Positions 1 to 7,812 of a DNA stretch of 64,000 nt are shown here, piece by piece; within the stretch, counting starts at the first letter, position 1, and each line of letters opens with the position of its first letter. The translations under genes and the position numbers were made by a program. The stretch is from the NCBI GenBank assembly GCA_035279425.1, contig DATEHT010000030.1, positions 153,917-217,916 of the forward strand, read 5' to 3'. Source of the stretch: Terriglobales bacterium (GTDB taxonomy: Bacteria; Acidobacteriota; Terriglobia; Terriglobales; Acidobacteriaceae). The notes under the pieces are model-generated. The model did no database searches and was not told the DNA's origin. It saw only the letters and a program-made list of their open reading frames with translations.

Positions 1-261
1 GCTTCGGATTCAGAACTTGAGACTGCAAGTGGAGACATCACTGTGTATCTGGTGCCGAATGTCCATATGACTGTGCGCGCCAGCATAGAAGCGGCGAGTG
101 GGCACAGTATTACGTCTGACTTTCCTGAAATTCGAGTTTCTTCGGAAGGCGGACAGTGGGGACCGAAGTTTGTCTCCGCGGAAGGTACTTTGAACGGCGG
201 AGGCCCCGTGCTGAAGATTCGGACGACCATGGGGAATATCTATATTCGGCGGGCGCAGTAA
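1..261 (+). CDS. C-terminal fragment of a gene cut by the window edge (beta-rich, DUF4097/putative-adhesin-like tail)
   Basis: Frame 1 is open from base 1 to TAA 259-261. The ORF-track entry 43..261 is only the part after an internal GTG. The tail ...GDITVYLVPNVHMTVRASIEAASGHSITSDF...GGGPVLKIRTTMGNIYIRRAQ has the short alternating beta-strand pattern I associate with DUF4097. The family call is from memory only. Confidence 0.4.
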   Translation, partial: ASDSELETASGDITVYLVPNVHMTVRASIEAASGHSITSDFPEIRVSSEGGQWGPKFVSAEGTLNGGGPVLKIRTTMGNIYIRRAQ

Positions 262-271
262 CGGAGGGGCA

Positions 272-1369
272 ATGAGAACAAGAAACCTGTTAGCGGTGTT
301 TGCGACAGTCCTGAGTCCGATGGCGCTGCCCATTGGCTCGACTGCGCAGCCGGAGAATCAGCCTTACGTTTATTTCGGCGAAGAAAGCGGACGGACTTCT
401 TATCTTGGAGTGGACACCCGCGATGTCACGCATGATCAGGTGAGTGAGCTTCACCTGAAAGAGGAGACCGGTGTTGAGATCACCATGGTCGACCAGGATG
501 CGCCTGCAGGCAAAGCAGGTCTAAAGGAACACGACGTGATCCTGAGCATCAATGATCAGAAGATTGAGAGCGAAGAACAATTGCGCCGCGTGATCCATGA
601 GATTCCGACAGGTCGCACGGTCACCATTGGAATCAGCCGTGACGGCCAGCCGATGACGTTAAAGGCGCAGTTGGGGGAAAAGAACATGGACAACTCTTTC
701 CATTTCAATATGCCGGCGGTCAACGTCCCGGCAATTCATATTCCTCCAATTAATATGCCGGAGATTGATGTTCCTTCCGTGGTAGTGATCCATTCGCCGC
801 GGAGCAGCGGCATCATGGTCGAGAACCTGACGACGCAGCTCGGCGAATTCTTCGGGGTGAAGGGTTCAAACGGAGTGCTGATCCGCTCGGTTGAAAAAGG
901 CAGCCGCGCCGAGCAGGGGGGGTTCCGAGCAGGCGATGTAATCGTAAAAGTGAATGGAGCGGTGGTGAACGATTGCAGTGATTTCACCCGCCTGTTGCGC
1001 GAACGTAAGGAGAGCAAAGCTGCGGTGACGGTTATTCGTGACCACAAGGAGCAGACCCTTACATTGGCCTTGCCGGAGCCGCGGCGCTCAGGATCTCTCG
1101 AGAATTGCGACTACGTTGAAGCAGTGACCTGCGCCAAGATCATCGACGAGGGCACGAAAATTGCGCAGATCATACCTGAACTGAAGACTGCCGATCTCAA
1201 ACGGCTGCAACCCGAGATGGAGCGGTTCAAAAAACAGCTCGCGGAAGACGTGGCAAAGAGTCGCGAGCAGGCGCAAAAAGATCTGGAGAAGATGCAAGAA
1301 GAACTGGGCCATCAGAACGAAGAGATGCAACGGCAAGTGAAAGAGTGGATGAAGAATTCGGAGATATAG
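272..1369 (+). CDS. secreted tandem-PDZ protein without protease domain, C-terminal coiled coil
   Basis: ATG 272 is preceded by GGAGGGG. The N-terminus MRTRNLLAVFATVLSPMALPIGSTAQ is signal-like. There are two PDZ-type segments (GVEITMVDQDAPAGKAGLKEHDVILSINDQKI and GVLIRSVEKGSRAEQGGFRAGDVIVKVNGAVV) and a K/E/Q-rich helical tail. No trypsin-like module is present. Confidence 0.8.
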   Translation: MRTRNLLAVFATVLSPMALPIGSTAQPENQPYVYFGEESGRTSYLGVDTRDVTHDQVSELHLKEETGVEITMVDQDAPAGKAGLKEHDVILSINDQKIESEEQLRRVIHEIPTGRTVTIGISRDGQPMTLKAQLGEKNMDNSFHFNMPAVNVPAIHIPPINMPEIDVPSVVVIHSPRSSGIMVENLTTQLGEFFGVKGSNGVLIRSVEKGSRAEQGGFRAGDVIVKVNGAVVNDCSDFTRLLRERKESKAAVTVIRDHKEQTLTLALPEPRRSGSLENCDYVEAVTCAKIIDEGTKIAQIIPELKTADLKRLQPEMERFKKQLAEDVAKSREQAQKDLEKMQEELGHQNEEMQRQVKEWMKNSEI

Positions 1370-1385
1370 AAAATCTGCAAGCGAC

Positions 1386-1416
1386 GGCCGGACGTTCCCG
1401 TCCGGCCTTTATTTTT
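1386..1416 (+). terminator. rho-independent terminator after the PDZ gene
   Basis: 9-bp GC stem GGCCGGACG (1386-1394) / CGTCCGGCC (1399-1407), 4-nt loop, then TTTATTTTT (1408-1416). It lies between convergent genes. Confidence 0.75.
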
Positions 1417-1420
1417 GCAA

Positions 1421-2551
1421 CTAGTTTGTAAAAATCCGGACGTAATCGACCAACATCTCTGAGGGGAATGGAGTAGTTGAATCCGGTGGCCCCGGCCAGC
1501 TCCCGCCAATCGCAAGATTTAAGATGATGAAATTATTCCCGGAGTCGAACGGCCAAACTGCTCCGCTCAATCCGGTGAGGCTCGCGGGGGTAAAAGAAGC
1601 GTACGGGTGAGTAAACGTGGGATCGTCAATGAAATATTGCACGCTCCCCGGCTTCCAGACCATGTCATAGACGTGGAACGCGGTGCCCGCTGTTTGTCCA
1701 CTCGGGAACAGGTATTGCGCGCCCAACTTCCCACCTGTGAACCCTGTCCCATGGATCGATCCGGCGTTCCAGTCAGGATTGGCAGCAGCATTCACGCGCT
1801 CGAGCACGTCCTGTTCGCCGCATGCCGGCCAGTTCACAGTGGTGATGCTATTACCCAGCAGCCAGGCCGCCGGCCAGAATCCCTGAGCTTCGGGAACCAT
1901 GGCGCGAAATTCAATTCGGCCGTACTGAAAGCTGAAAAGCCCTTGCGTTTTTAGACGGGCGGAGGTGTAAACGCCAGCCGACAGCTGCTGCGCGACAATG
2001 TGCAGATAACCATCTGTGCCTACGTACTCGCTGGGAGTCGTCGTGCTGCAGGGAGCGGTTAATGAGCCCCACGCGCAGTAGGTCTCGAGCTCATTATTTC
2101 CAAAGCCGCTGTTGCCGGTATCGTAAGTCCAGGTGGTTGGGTCAGGTTGTGCGTTGACGCCGGTCGTGTTGGAGAACTCATCGCTCCAAACCAGCGTTCC
2201 GGATGGAATATTCGGCGAGAATGCCTGGCTCGTGATCGAACTGGAAGTGCCGGATGCGATAGCGATTGACTTTACCGTGAGGTCTGACGCGACTAGGAAT
2301 GGAGCTTCGTACTTCGTCGAAGATGTGCTGGGAGCGCTTCCGTCAACCGTGTAGTAGATCGCTGCTCCAGTTGTTGCCGACAGGCTGACGATCGTGGCGC
2401 CGTTCTGCGCAGGCTTGGTTGAGATTACGGGTGCGGCGGTACTCGTCGAGGGGACGGGAGCGTTGTTTCCGCTATTCGCTCCGCTGCCTCCGCATCCGTG
2501 CAAAAGCGCAGTCAACAAAAAGACCGCCGGCATCATCGCGATTGTCCGCAT
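1421..2551 (-). CDS. glycoside hydrolase family 16 (beta-glucanase/laminarinase-like) lipoprotein with N-terminal chitobiase/hexosaminidase-C-like domain
   Basis: ATG 2551 has AAGGAG upstream. Lipobox LLHGCGG. The segment ATIVSLSATTGAAIYYTVDGSAPSTSSTKYEAPF is typical of the CHB_HEX_C_1-type module. The GH16 catalytic pattern E-x-D-x-x-E appears as GEQDVLE. Confidence 0.85.
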   Translation of the reverse strand: MRTIAMMPAVFLLTALLHGCGGSGANSGNNAPVPSTSTAAPVISTKPAQNGATIVSLSATTGAAIYYTVDGSAPSTSSTKYEAPFLVASDLTVKSIAIASGTSSSITSQAFSPNIPSGTLVWSDEFSNTTGVNAQPDPTTWTYDTGNSGFGNNELETYCAWGSLTAPCSTTTPSEYVGTDGYLHIVAQQLSAGVYTSARLKTQGLFSFQYGRIEFRAMVPEAQGFWPAAWLLGNSITTVNWPACGEQDVLERVNAAANPDWNAGSIHGTGFTGGKLGAQYLFPSGQTAGTAFHVYDMVWKPGSVQYFIDDPTFTHPYASFTPASLTGLSGAVWPFDSGNNFIILNLAIGGSWPGPPDSTTPFPSEMLVDYVRIFTN

Positions 2552-2639
2552 TCAATTCTCCTTTTTGGAAATGAAGAACTGGTTGCTTGTATTTAATCGC
2601 TGCCAAAGCGAGAGGTCAAACCTAAACGGCAGGTGGGAG

Positions 2640-2867
2640 TCAGTGGCGTTCTTGCGGATTAGATTTTTGACGCGGTTTCCAAAAAGTCTTGAGCGCACCC
2701 AGGAAAACAAGACAAAACCAGAAGTCAACCAGAACCCCGAGGTCGAGCCTCATAGGGTTATGCTGTGCGGCCGCCGGCAGGTGAGGCATGAGCAGGAAGT
2801 AGACCAGATTTCCCGCCAGGACGGCGATCAGTGACTGGACGAAATTCAACTTAGCTGGTTTAGACAC
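2640..2867 (-). CDS. small hypothetical membrane protein (2 predicted TM helices)
   Basis: 75-codon ORF with a GTG start and no clear SD. Two hydrophobic stretches (LIAVLAGNLVYFLLM, VLVDFWFCLVFLGAL). No recognisable family; existence is uncertain. Confidence 0.35.
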   Translation of the reverse strand: MSKPAKLNFVQSLIAVLAGNLVYFLLMPHLPAAAQHNPMRLDLGVLVDFWFCLVFLGALKTFWKPRQKSNPQERH

Positions 2868-2885
2868 CGGAAGTCCTGAAAATAG

Positions 2886-3007
2886 GCAATCAGCAGTCAG
2901 CAGTCAGCACTCAGCAATCAGCACTCAGCCACTACGCCTTCTCCATACGATTTAGCACACCTAAAGGCTAAATGCTGAATGCTGGTTGCTGAGTGCTGAC
3001 TGCTCAT
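2886..3007. repeat. heptad-built imperfect inverted repeat (long hairpin) in the divergent region upstream of recG
   Basis: The left arm is six tandem GCANTCA heptads (2886-2927) and the right arm is five TGCTNNN heptads (2973-3007). Bases 2900-2929 are complementary to 2974-3003 at 28 of 30 positions (plus one G-T wobble), with a 44-nt loop. Confidence 0.85.
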
Positions 3008-3025
3008 TTGTTACCATCCCTTGAG

Positions 3026-5158
3026 ATGCTGGAACCCTCCACCCCCGTTCAGTTTGTGAAAGGAATCGGGCCGCGAATAGCCGAGATTCTGGCCGCCAAG
3101 GGGGTCCACACCGTCGACGACCTTCTTCATTATCTGCCATTTCGCTACGAAGACCGCCTGAATCCACGTGGCATAGCCGAATTGCGGCGGGGGGAAATGG
3201 CAACCGTCATTGCGGAAGTTCGCACCTCCGGACTGTTTCGCACGCGTCGCATGCCAATCTTTCAGATGACTGCGGGGCAGGGGCGAAGCCGGCTTAAATG
3301 CATTTGGTTCAATGGCGCTTATTTAAAAGATAAATTCCAGCCGGGGCAACTGCTGGCTTTGTACGGGCGCGTGGAAGAGAATCGAGGCGAACTGCAACTG
3401 CTGCAGCCGCAATTCGAGATTCTCGGCGAAGCGGAAGCAGAGGCGGAACAGAAAGCTGCGGAGTCGCTCGAAATCGGCCGGATTGTCCCGATCTACGAAG
3501 CGGCCGGCCAGGGAAGGCTCACCTCCCGCTGGTTCCGTCGTGCAATCCACAAAGCTCTTGAAGACCTCACTCCGGAGTTGCCGGAAGGCATTCCGGCTAC
3601 GGTTCGTGAGCATTTGAAATTGCCCTCACCGCGCCAGGCGTTGTGGAATGTCCACTGGCCGGACGCCGGCGAGAGCATGCGAAACCTGCAGGCATCACGA
3701 ACGCCAGCTCATATCCGACTCATCTTTGAAGAGCTATTTTTTATTGAACTTGGCCTCGAGCTGAAGCGCCGTGAACAAAAAACACAAATCGGAATAGCCT
3801 TTGAGCTGAATGACCACGTGCGCGAGGCGATCAAGAAAATTCTGCCATTTCACCCCACGGGAGCGCAGAAACGGGCACTGAAAGAAATTGCCACAGACAT
3901 GGAGAAGCCTTATCCCATGCGGCGGCTGTTGCAAGGCGATGTGGGTTCGGGCAAAACGCTGGTCGCTTTTGAGGCCGCAATCATCGCAATCGAGAATGGG
4001 TACCAGGTTGGGTTGATGGCGCCGACGGAAATCCTGGCACAGCAGCATTTCTTCTCCGCACGACGGATTCTCGAGCCATCCGGATATCGAATAGTTTTGC
4101 TAACGGGCTCACTCGAGGATGACCGTAAGCGCGAGACTCGCCGTCACATAGCGCAGGGCAATGCGCAGCTGGTGATTGGCACTCACGCGTTGATCGAACA
4201 GAAGGTCGAATTCGCGAAGCTGGGACTCGTGATTGTGGACGAGCAGCACAGATTCGGTGTACTGCAGCGCTTCAAGTTGATGAAGAAGGGTGAGGAACCA
4301 GCCGGCGAACCGGACGTTCTAGTCATGACCGCGACCCCGATCCCGCGCACTCTTGCGCTTACGCTGTATGGCGATCTCGACATCAGCATTCTCGACGAAA
4401 TGCCGCCCGGCCGGACTCCGATAGTTACCCGCCGTGTTGGCGACGAGCGGGCCGACGAAGTTTGGGAATTCGTGCGCAAGCAGGTTAAGGCGGGACATCA
4501 GGCTTATGTGGTCTATCCGGTGATCGAGGAAAACGAAGAGAGTGAACTCAAGGCCGCCATGAAAATGTATGGCGAATTGAGCAAGAAGGTATTTCCGGAC
4601 CTGAATGTGGCCGTGCTTCATGGACGTATGGAGGCCGATCTCAAAGAGCAAGTCATGCGTTTGTTCCAGCAGGGCAAGATTCAAGTCCTGGTCTCGACCA
4701 CAGTGATCGAGGTTGGAGTGGATGTGCCGAACGCAGCAGTGATGGTGATTGAACACGCGGAGCGATTTGGTTTGGCGCAGCTTCATCAGTTACGTGGACG
4801 AATTGGGCGTGGTGCGGCAAAGTCGTATTGCATCCTAATGACAAGCGGCAAAGTCTCAGAAGAAGCCGAACGGCGTCTCGATGCGATGGTGCGCACGACG
4901 GATGGTTTCGAGATCGCCGAACTTGATCTCGAGATGCGAGGTCCGGGAGAATTTTTCGGCACTCGTCAGGCCGGGTTGCCGAGCTTCCAGGTTGCCAATC
5001 TGATTCGTGACCGCGACCTGCTGGAGATTGCGAAAAGGGAAGCCCGAGCCGTGCTCGCCGGCCCAAGTTCGGAAATTTCGCAAACCGAAATTGATCGCGC
5101 GTTATGGCAAATGCGCACGAAGTGGCAGAAGACCTATGGCCTGGTCGAAGTAGGCTAG
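3026..5158 (+). CDS. recG: ATP-dependent DNA helicase RecG
   Basis: The N-terminus MLEPSTPVQFVKGIGPRIAEIL...LPFRYEDR is typical of RecG. Walker A GDVGSGKT, DEQHRFG box, QLHQLRGRIGRG motif. I prefer ATG 3026 over the ORF-track start 2993, which lies inside the inverted repeat. Confidence 0.95.
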   Translation: MLEPSTPVQFVKGIGPRIAEILAAKGVHTVDDLLHYLPFRYEDRLNPRGIAELRRGEMATVIAEVRTSGLFRTRRMPIFQMTAGQGRSRLKCIWFNGAYLKDKFQPGQLLALYGRVEENRGELQLLQPQFEILGEAEAEAEQKAAESLEIGRIVPIYEAAGQGRLTSRWFRRAIHKALEDLTPELPEGIPATVREHLKLPSPRQALWNVHWPDAGESMRNLQASRTPAHIRLIFEELFFIELGLELKRREQKTQIGIAFELNDHVREAIKKILPFHPTGAQKRALKEIATDMEKPYPMRRLLQGDVGSGKTLVAFEAAIIAIENGYQVGLMAPTEILAQQHFFSARRILEPSGYRIVLLTGSLEDDRKRETRRHIAQGNAQLVIGTHALIEQKVEFAKLGLVIVDEQHRFGVLQRFKLMKKGEEPAGEPDVLVMTATPIPRTLALTLYGDLDISILDEMPPGRTPIVTRRVGDERADEVWEFVRKQVKAGHQAYVVYPVIEENEESELKAAMKMYGELSKKVFPDLNVAVLHGRMEADLKEQVMRLFQQGKIQVLVSTTVIEVGVDVPNAAVMVIEHAERFGLAQLHQLRGRIGRGAAKSYCILMTSGKVSEEAERRLDAMVRTTDGFEIAELDLEMRGPGEFFGTRQAGLPSFQVANLIRDRDLLEIAKREARAVLAGPSSEISQTEIDRALWQMRTKWQKTYGLVEVG

Positions 5159-5303
5159 TCGGTGTGGCTCCGGGACTTGTGTTCTGCAACTTGTGCGCAA
5201 TTTTGGTGTGCGAAGAAGCAGCGCGATCTGGTGAGACTTTCCTGGGAGACGGAATCGCCCATTCTCTTGCTATGCCTTTCGTATCGCCTGATAATCATCT
5301 TTC

Positions 5304-6758
5304 ATGAAAGCTCAGGTGAATCTCTACCGCGACCTTCCTTCCGTTGACGAGCTTCTGCGTTTACCGGAGATAGCTTCTCTTATCCAAGAGGATGGTCCAG
5401 CGGCTGCAGGAGACGCGTGCCGGGCTGTGCTTGCAAGATTGCGGAACGAAATTACAACCGGCTACCTGGATGCAGAGAAACTCCGGCTGGCACTTACCGG
5501 GGTGAGTGTCGCCGTCAGCAATGAGCTTCGCCAGGGGCTTGCGTACTCATTGAAGCCGGTCATTAATGCGACCGGAGTTGTTCTGCACACCAATTTGGCG
5601 CGTGCCCCAATCGCGGCGTCAGCGATCGAGCACATTCGTGAAACCGCGGCAGTCTATTCGAATTTGGAGTTCAATCTCGAATCTGGCGATCGCGGCAAGC
5701 GGGACGTGCACGTAGACCGGCTGCTTCGCAAATTACTTTGTGATGAGAGCGGGGAAGCGCGGGTCTCGGCGGGTGCAGGTTCTCCGATTTCGACGATTGT
5801 AGTTAACAACAACGCGGCCGCCGTGCTCCTGGCGCTTAACACTCTGGGTGAAGACGGCGAAGTAATTGTTTCGCGCGGCGAGTTGGTTGAGATCGGCGGT
5901 TCGTTTCGCATTCCCGATGTAATGGCGAAATCCGGAGCGATTCTGCGTGAAGTTGGCACTACGAACCGCACGCGAATAGCGGATTATGAACGAGCCATCA
6001 ACGAGCGGACGAAGTTGCTGCTGCGGGTCCATCGTTCGAATTTCGAGATCAGCGGTTTCATCGAGCAGCCAGGGGTCAGCGAACTTGTTGCGCTAGCCGC
6101 CAAACATAAGTTGCCCTTGATGGAGGACCTGGGGAGCGGCTCGTTGTTCGATCTGCATAGATTAGGGATCAACAATGAGCCAACGGTGTTCGACAGCTTA
6201 CGTGCCGGAGTACACATCGTTACTTATAGTGGCGACAAGCTGTTAGGTGGCCCGCAAGCGGGCCTGGTAAGTGGCCGTGAGGACCTCATCAAAAAAATGC
6301 GCAGCAATTCACTGTTCCGCGCTTTGCGAGTGGACAAGCTTGCGTACGCAGCGCTCGAAGCCACGTTGCTTGCGTATGTGAAGCAGGACTACGACTCAGT
6401 GCCGGTGTTAAGGATGATGCGACTATCAAAATCGGAAATTGCGGCGCGAGCGAAGAATCTCATAGATCGGGTAAGTGGAAATCTCGACCAGCGTCCCACC
6501 GGCAAGGTGCGCTTCGAATTGATCGATGGCGAATCGCTGATCGGCGGCGGCTCAGCGCCTTCTGCCTTTCTGCCCACGACGCTGATTGCTTTGACGTCAG
6601 AGAATCTCAGCGCCAATGATCTTGCCGCTCGCCTGCGAGCAGCGAATCCTCCTGTTGTCGCGCGGGTTGATGAAGGAAGAGTGCTGCTCGATCTGCGGAC
6701 TGTTTTCCCGGAGCAGGACGAGGTCTTGAGGCAGGCAATTGCCCAAATCGCCCCATAA
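5304..6758 (+). CDS. selA: L-seryl-tRNA(Sec) selenium transferase
   Basis: The N-terminus LYRDLPSVDELL resembles E. coli SelA. Also VINATGVVLHTNLARAP, VNNNAAAVLLAL, IVSRGELVEIGGSFRIPDVM, and the PLP-lysine context YSGDKLLGGPQAG. Confidence 0.92.
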   Translation: MKAQVNLYRDLPSVDELLRLPEIASLIQEDGPAAAGDACRAVLARLRNEITTGYLDAEKLRLALTGVSVAVSNELRQGLAYSLKPVINATGVVLHTNLARAPIAASAIEHIRETAAVYSNLEFNLESGDRGKRDVHVDRLLRKLLCDESGEARVSAGAGSPISTIVVNNNAAAVLLALNTLGEDGEVIVSRGELVEIGGSFRIPDVMAKSGAILREVGTTNRTRIADYERAINERTKLLLRVHRSNFEISGFIEQPGVSELVALAAKHKLPLMEDLGSGSLFDLHRLGINNEPTVFDSLRAGVHIVTYSGDKLLGGPQAGLVSGREDLIKKMRSNSLFRALRVDKLAYAALEATLLAYVKQDYDSVPVLRMMRLSKSEIAARAKNLIDRVSGNLDQRPTGKVRFELIDGESLIGGGSAPSAFLPTTLIALTSENLSANDLAARLRAANPPVVARVDEGRVLLDLRTVFPEQDEVLRQAIAQIAP

Positions 6759-6851
6759 CAGATGCTGGCGGCAACCGCGTTCAAGTCTGTTGCAGTGCTA
6801 ATCTGACTGGGTATCGCCACTCTCTTCACTATCGGCCACTCCACGCGCAGC

Positions 6852-7343
6852 TTGCAGGAACTGATAGCAGCACTGCAGTCACATTCAATTCAGACCCTGG
6901 CTGATATCCGTGCGTTCCCGATGTCTCGTCGCCTGCCGCATTTTAATCGCGAGTCTTTGGAGCGTGCCTTGCCGGAAGCAGGGATCGAGTATGTGTGGAT
7001 GAAAGAGCTCGGCGGACGTCGTAGGAAATCACCGGTCGCGTCACCTAACGTTGCCTTGCGGAACGAGAGCTTCAGAAATTACGCCGACTATATGCTCACG
7101 CCGGAGTTCGAAACCGCCGTCGGAGAACTATTGAACATTGCCGAGCGTTCACGCACGGCTTACATGTGCGCTGAGCGAGTTTACTTTCGCTGTCATCGCA
7201 TGTTGGTCTCCGATTGGCTGGTCGCACATGGTCATGAGGTGCTCCACATTGATGACGAGAAACCTGCTAAGCCTCACAAGCTAATGGCTGAGGCCAGAGT
7301 GATGGAAGGGCAAGTGATTTATCGCGGCGATCGTCTGCTGTGA
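6852..7343 (+). CDS. DUF488 family protein (true start probably upstream, near 6807-6813)
   Basis: LADIRAFPMSRRLPHFNRESLERALPEAGIEYVWMKELGGRR is the DUF488 pattern. The family's N-terminal TIGHS motif (LFTIGHSTRS) is encoded at 6822-6851, upstream of the first ATG/GTG/TTG (TTG 6852). The in-frame stop is TGA 6804-6806. See findings. Confidence 0.8.
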   Translation: MQELIAALQSHSIQTLADIRAFPMSRRLPHFNRESLERALPEAGIEYVWMKELGGRRRKSPVASPNVALRNESFRNYADYMLTPEFETAVGELLNIAERSRTAYMCAERVYFRCHRMLVSDWLVAHGHEVLHIDDEKPAKPHKLMAEARVMEGQVIYRGDRLL

Positions 7344-7390
7344 GAAGTAGCGATTCGTAGGAGCCACACAGGCCGTGCTAACGTACTGCA

Positions 7391-7768
7391 ATGATCGTTG
7401 GCACTGGCATCGATATCGCTGAAGTCCGGCGTATTGCTGAATCCATCGAGCGGTTCGGCGACCGGTTCATCCAACGCGTTTTCACCGAAGGGGAGATCGC
7501 ATACTGCGAGTCGAAGGCAAATCGCATGGAGCGTTACGCTGCGCGTTTTGCCGCCAAAGAAGCCGCTATGAAGGCGCTCGGCACGGGTTGGAACCATGGC
7601 GTGCGCTGGCGCGATGTGGAAGTGCATCGTGAGCCGGGAAGGCGGCCGACCATCAAGTTTCACGGCAAAGCGGCTGAATTCGCCGCGAGGATGAATGCCA
7701 AAAATGTTTCATTGTCGATTTCGCACACCCGCGACCAAGCCATTGCCAGCGTAATTCTCGAAACCTAG
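7391..7768 (+). CDS. acpS: holo-[acyl-carrier-protein] synthase
   Basis: MIVGTGIDIAEVRRI..., RFAAKEAAMKALGTG, ISHTRDQAIASVILE. Length (125 aa) fits AcpS. Confidence 0.92.
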   Translation: MIVGTGIDIAEVRRIAESIERFGDRFIQRVFTEGEIAYCESKANRMERYAARFAAKEAAMKALGTGWNHGVRWRDVEVHREPGRRPTIKFHGKAAEFAARMNAKNVSLSISHTRDQAIASVILET

Positions 7769-7812
7769 CCGGCATCGGTGCTCGCGTCGTCTCTGTTACA
7801 CTGACGCCTTTC

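Noticed and set aside
5159-5303. tRNA-Sec (selC) or another RNA gene upstream of selA
   Set aside because: There is no cloverleaf-compatible sequence, no UCA anticodon-loop context and no GGTTCGA-type T-arm.
6804-6806. Confident call of a selenocysteine codon in the DUF488 leader
   Set aside because: No SECIS-like stem-loop is at the expected distance, and no known Sec-containing DUF488 comes to mind. It is retained only as a low-probability alternative in the start-codon anomaly finding.
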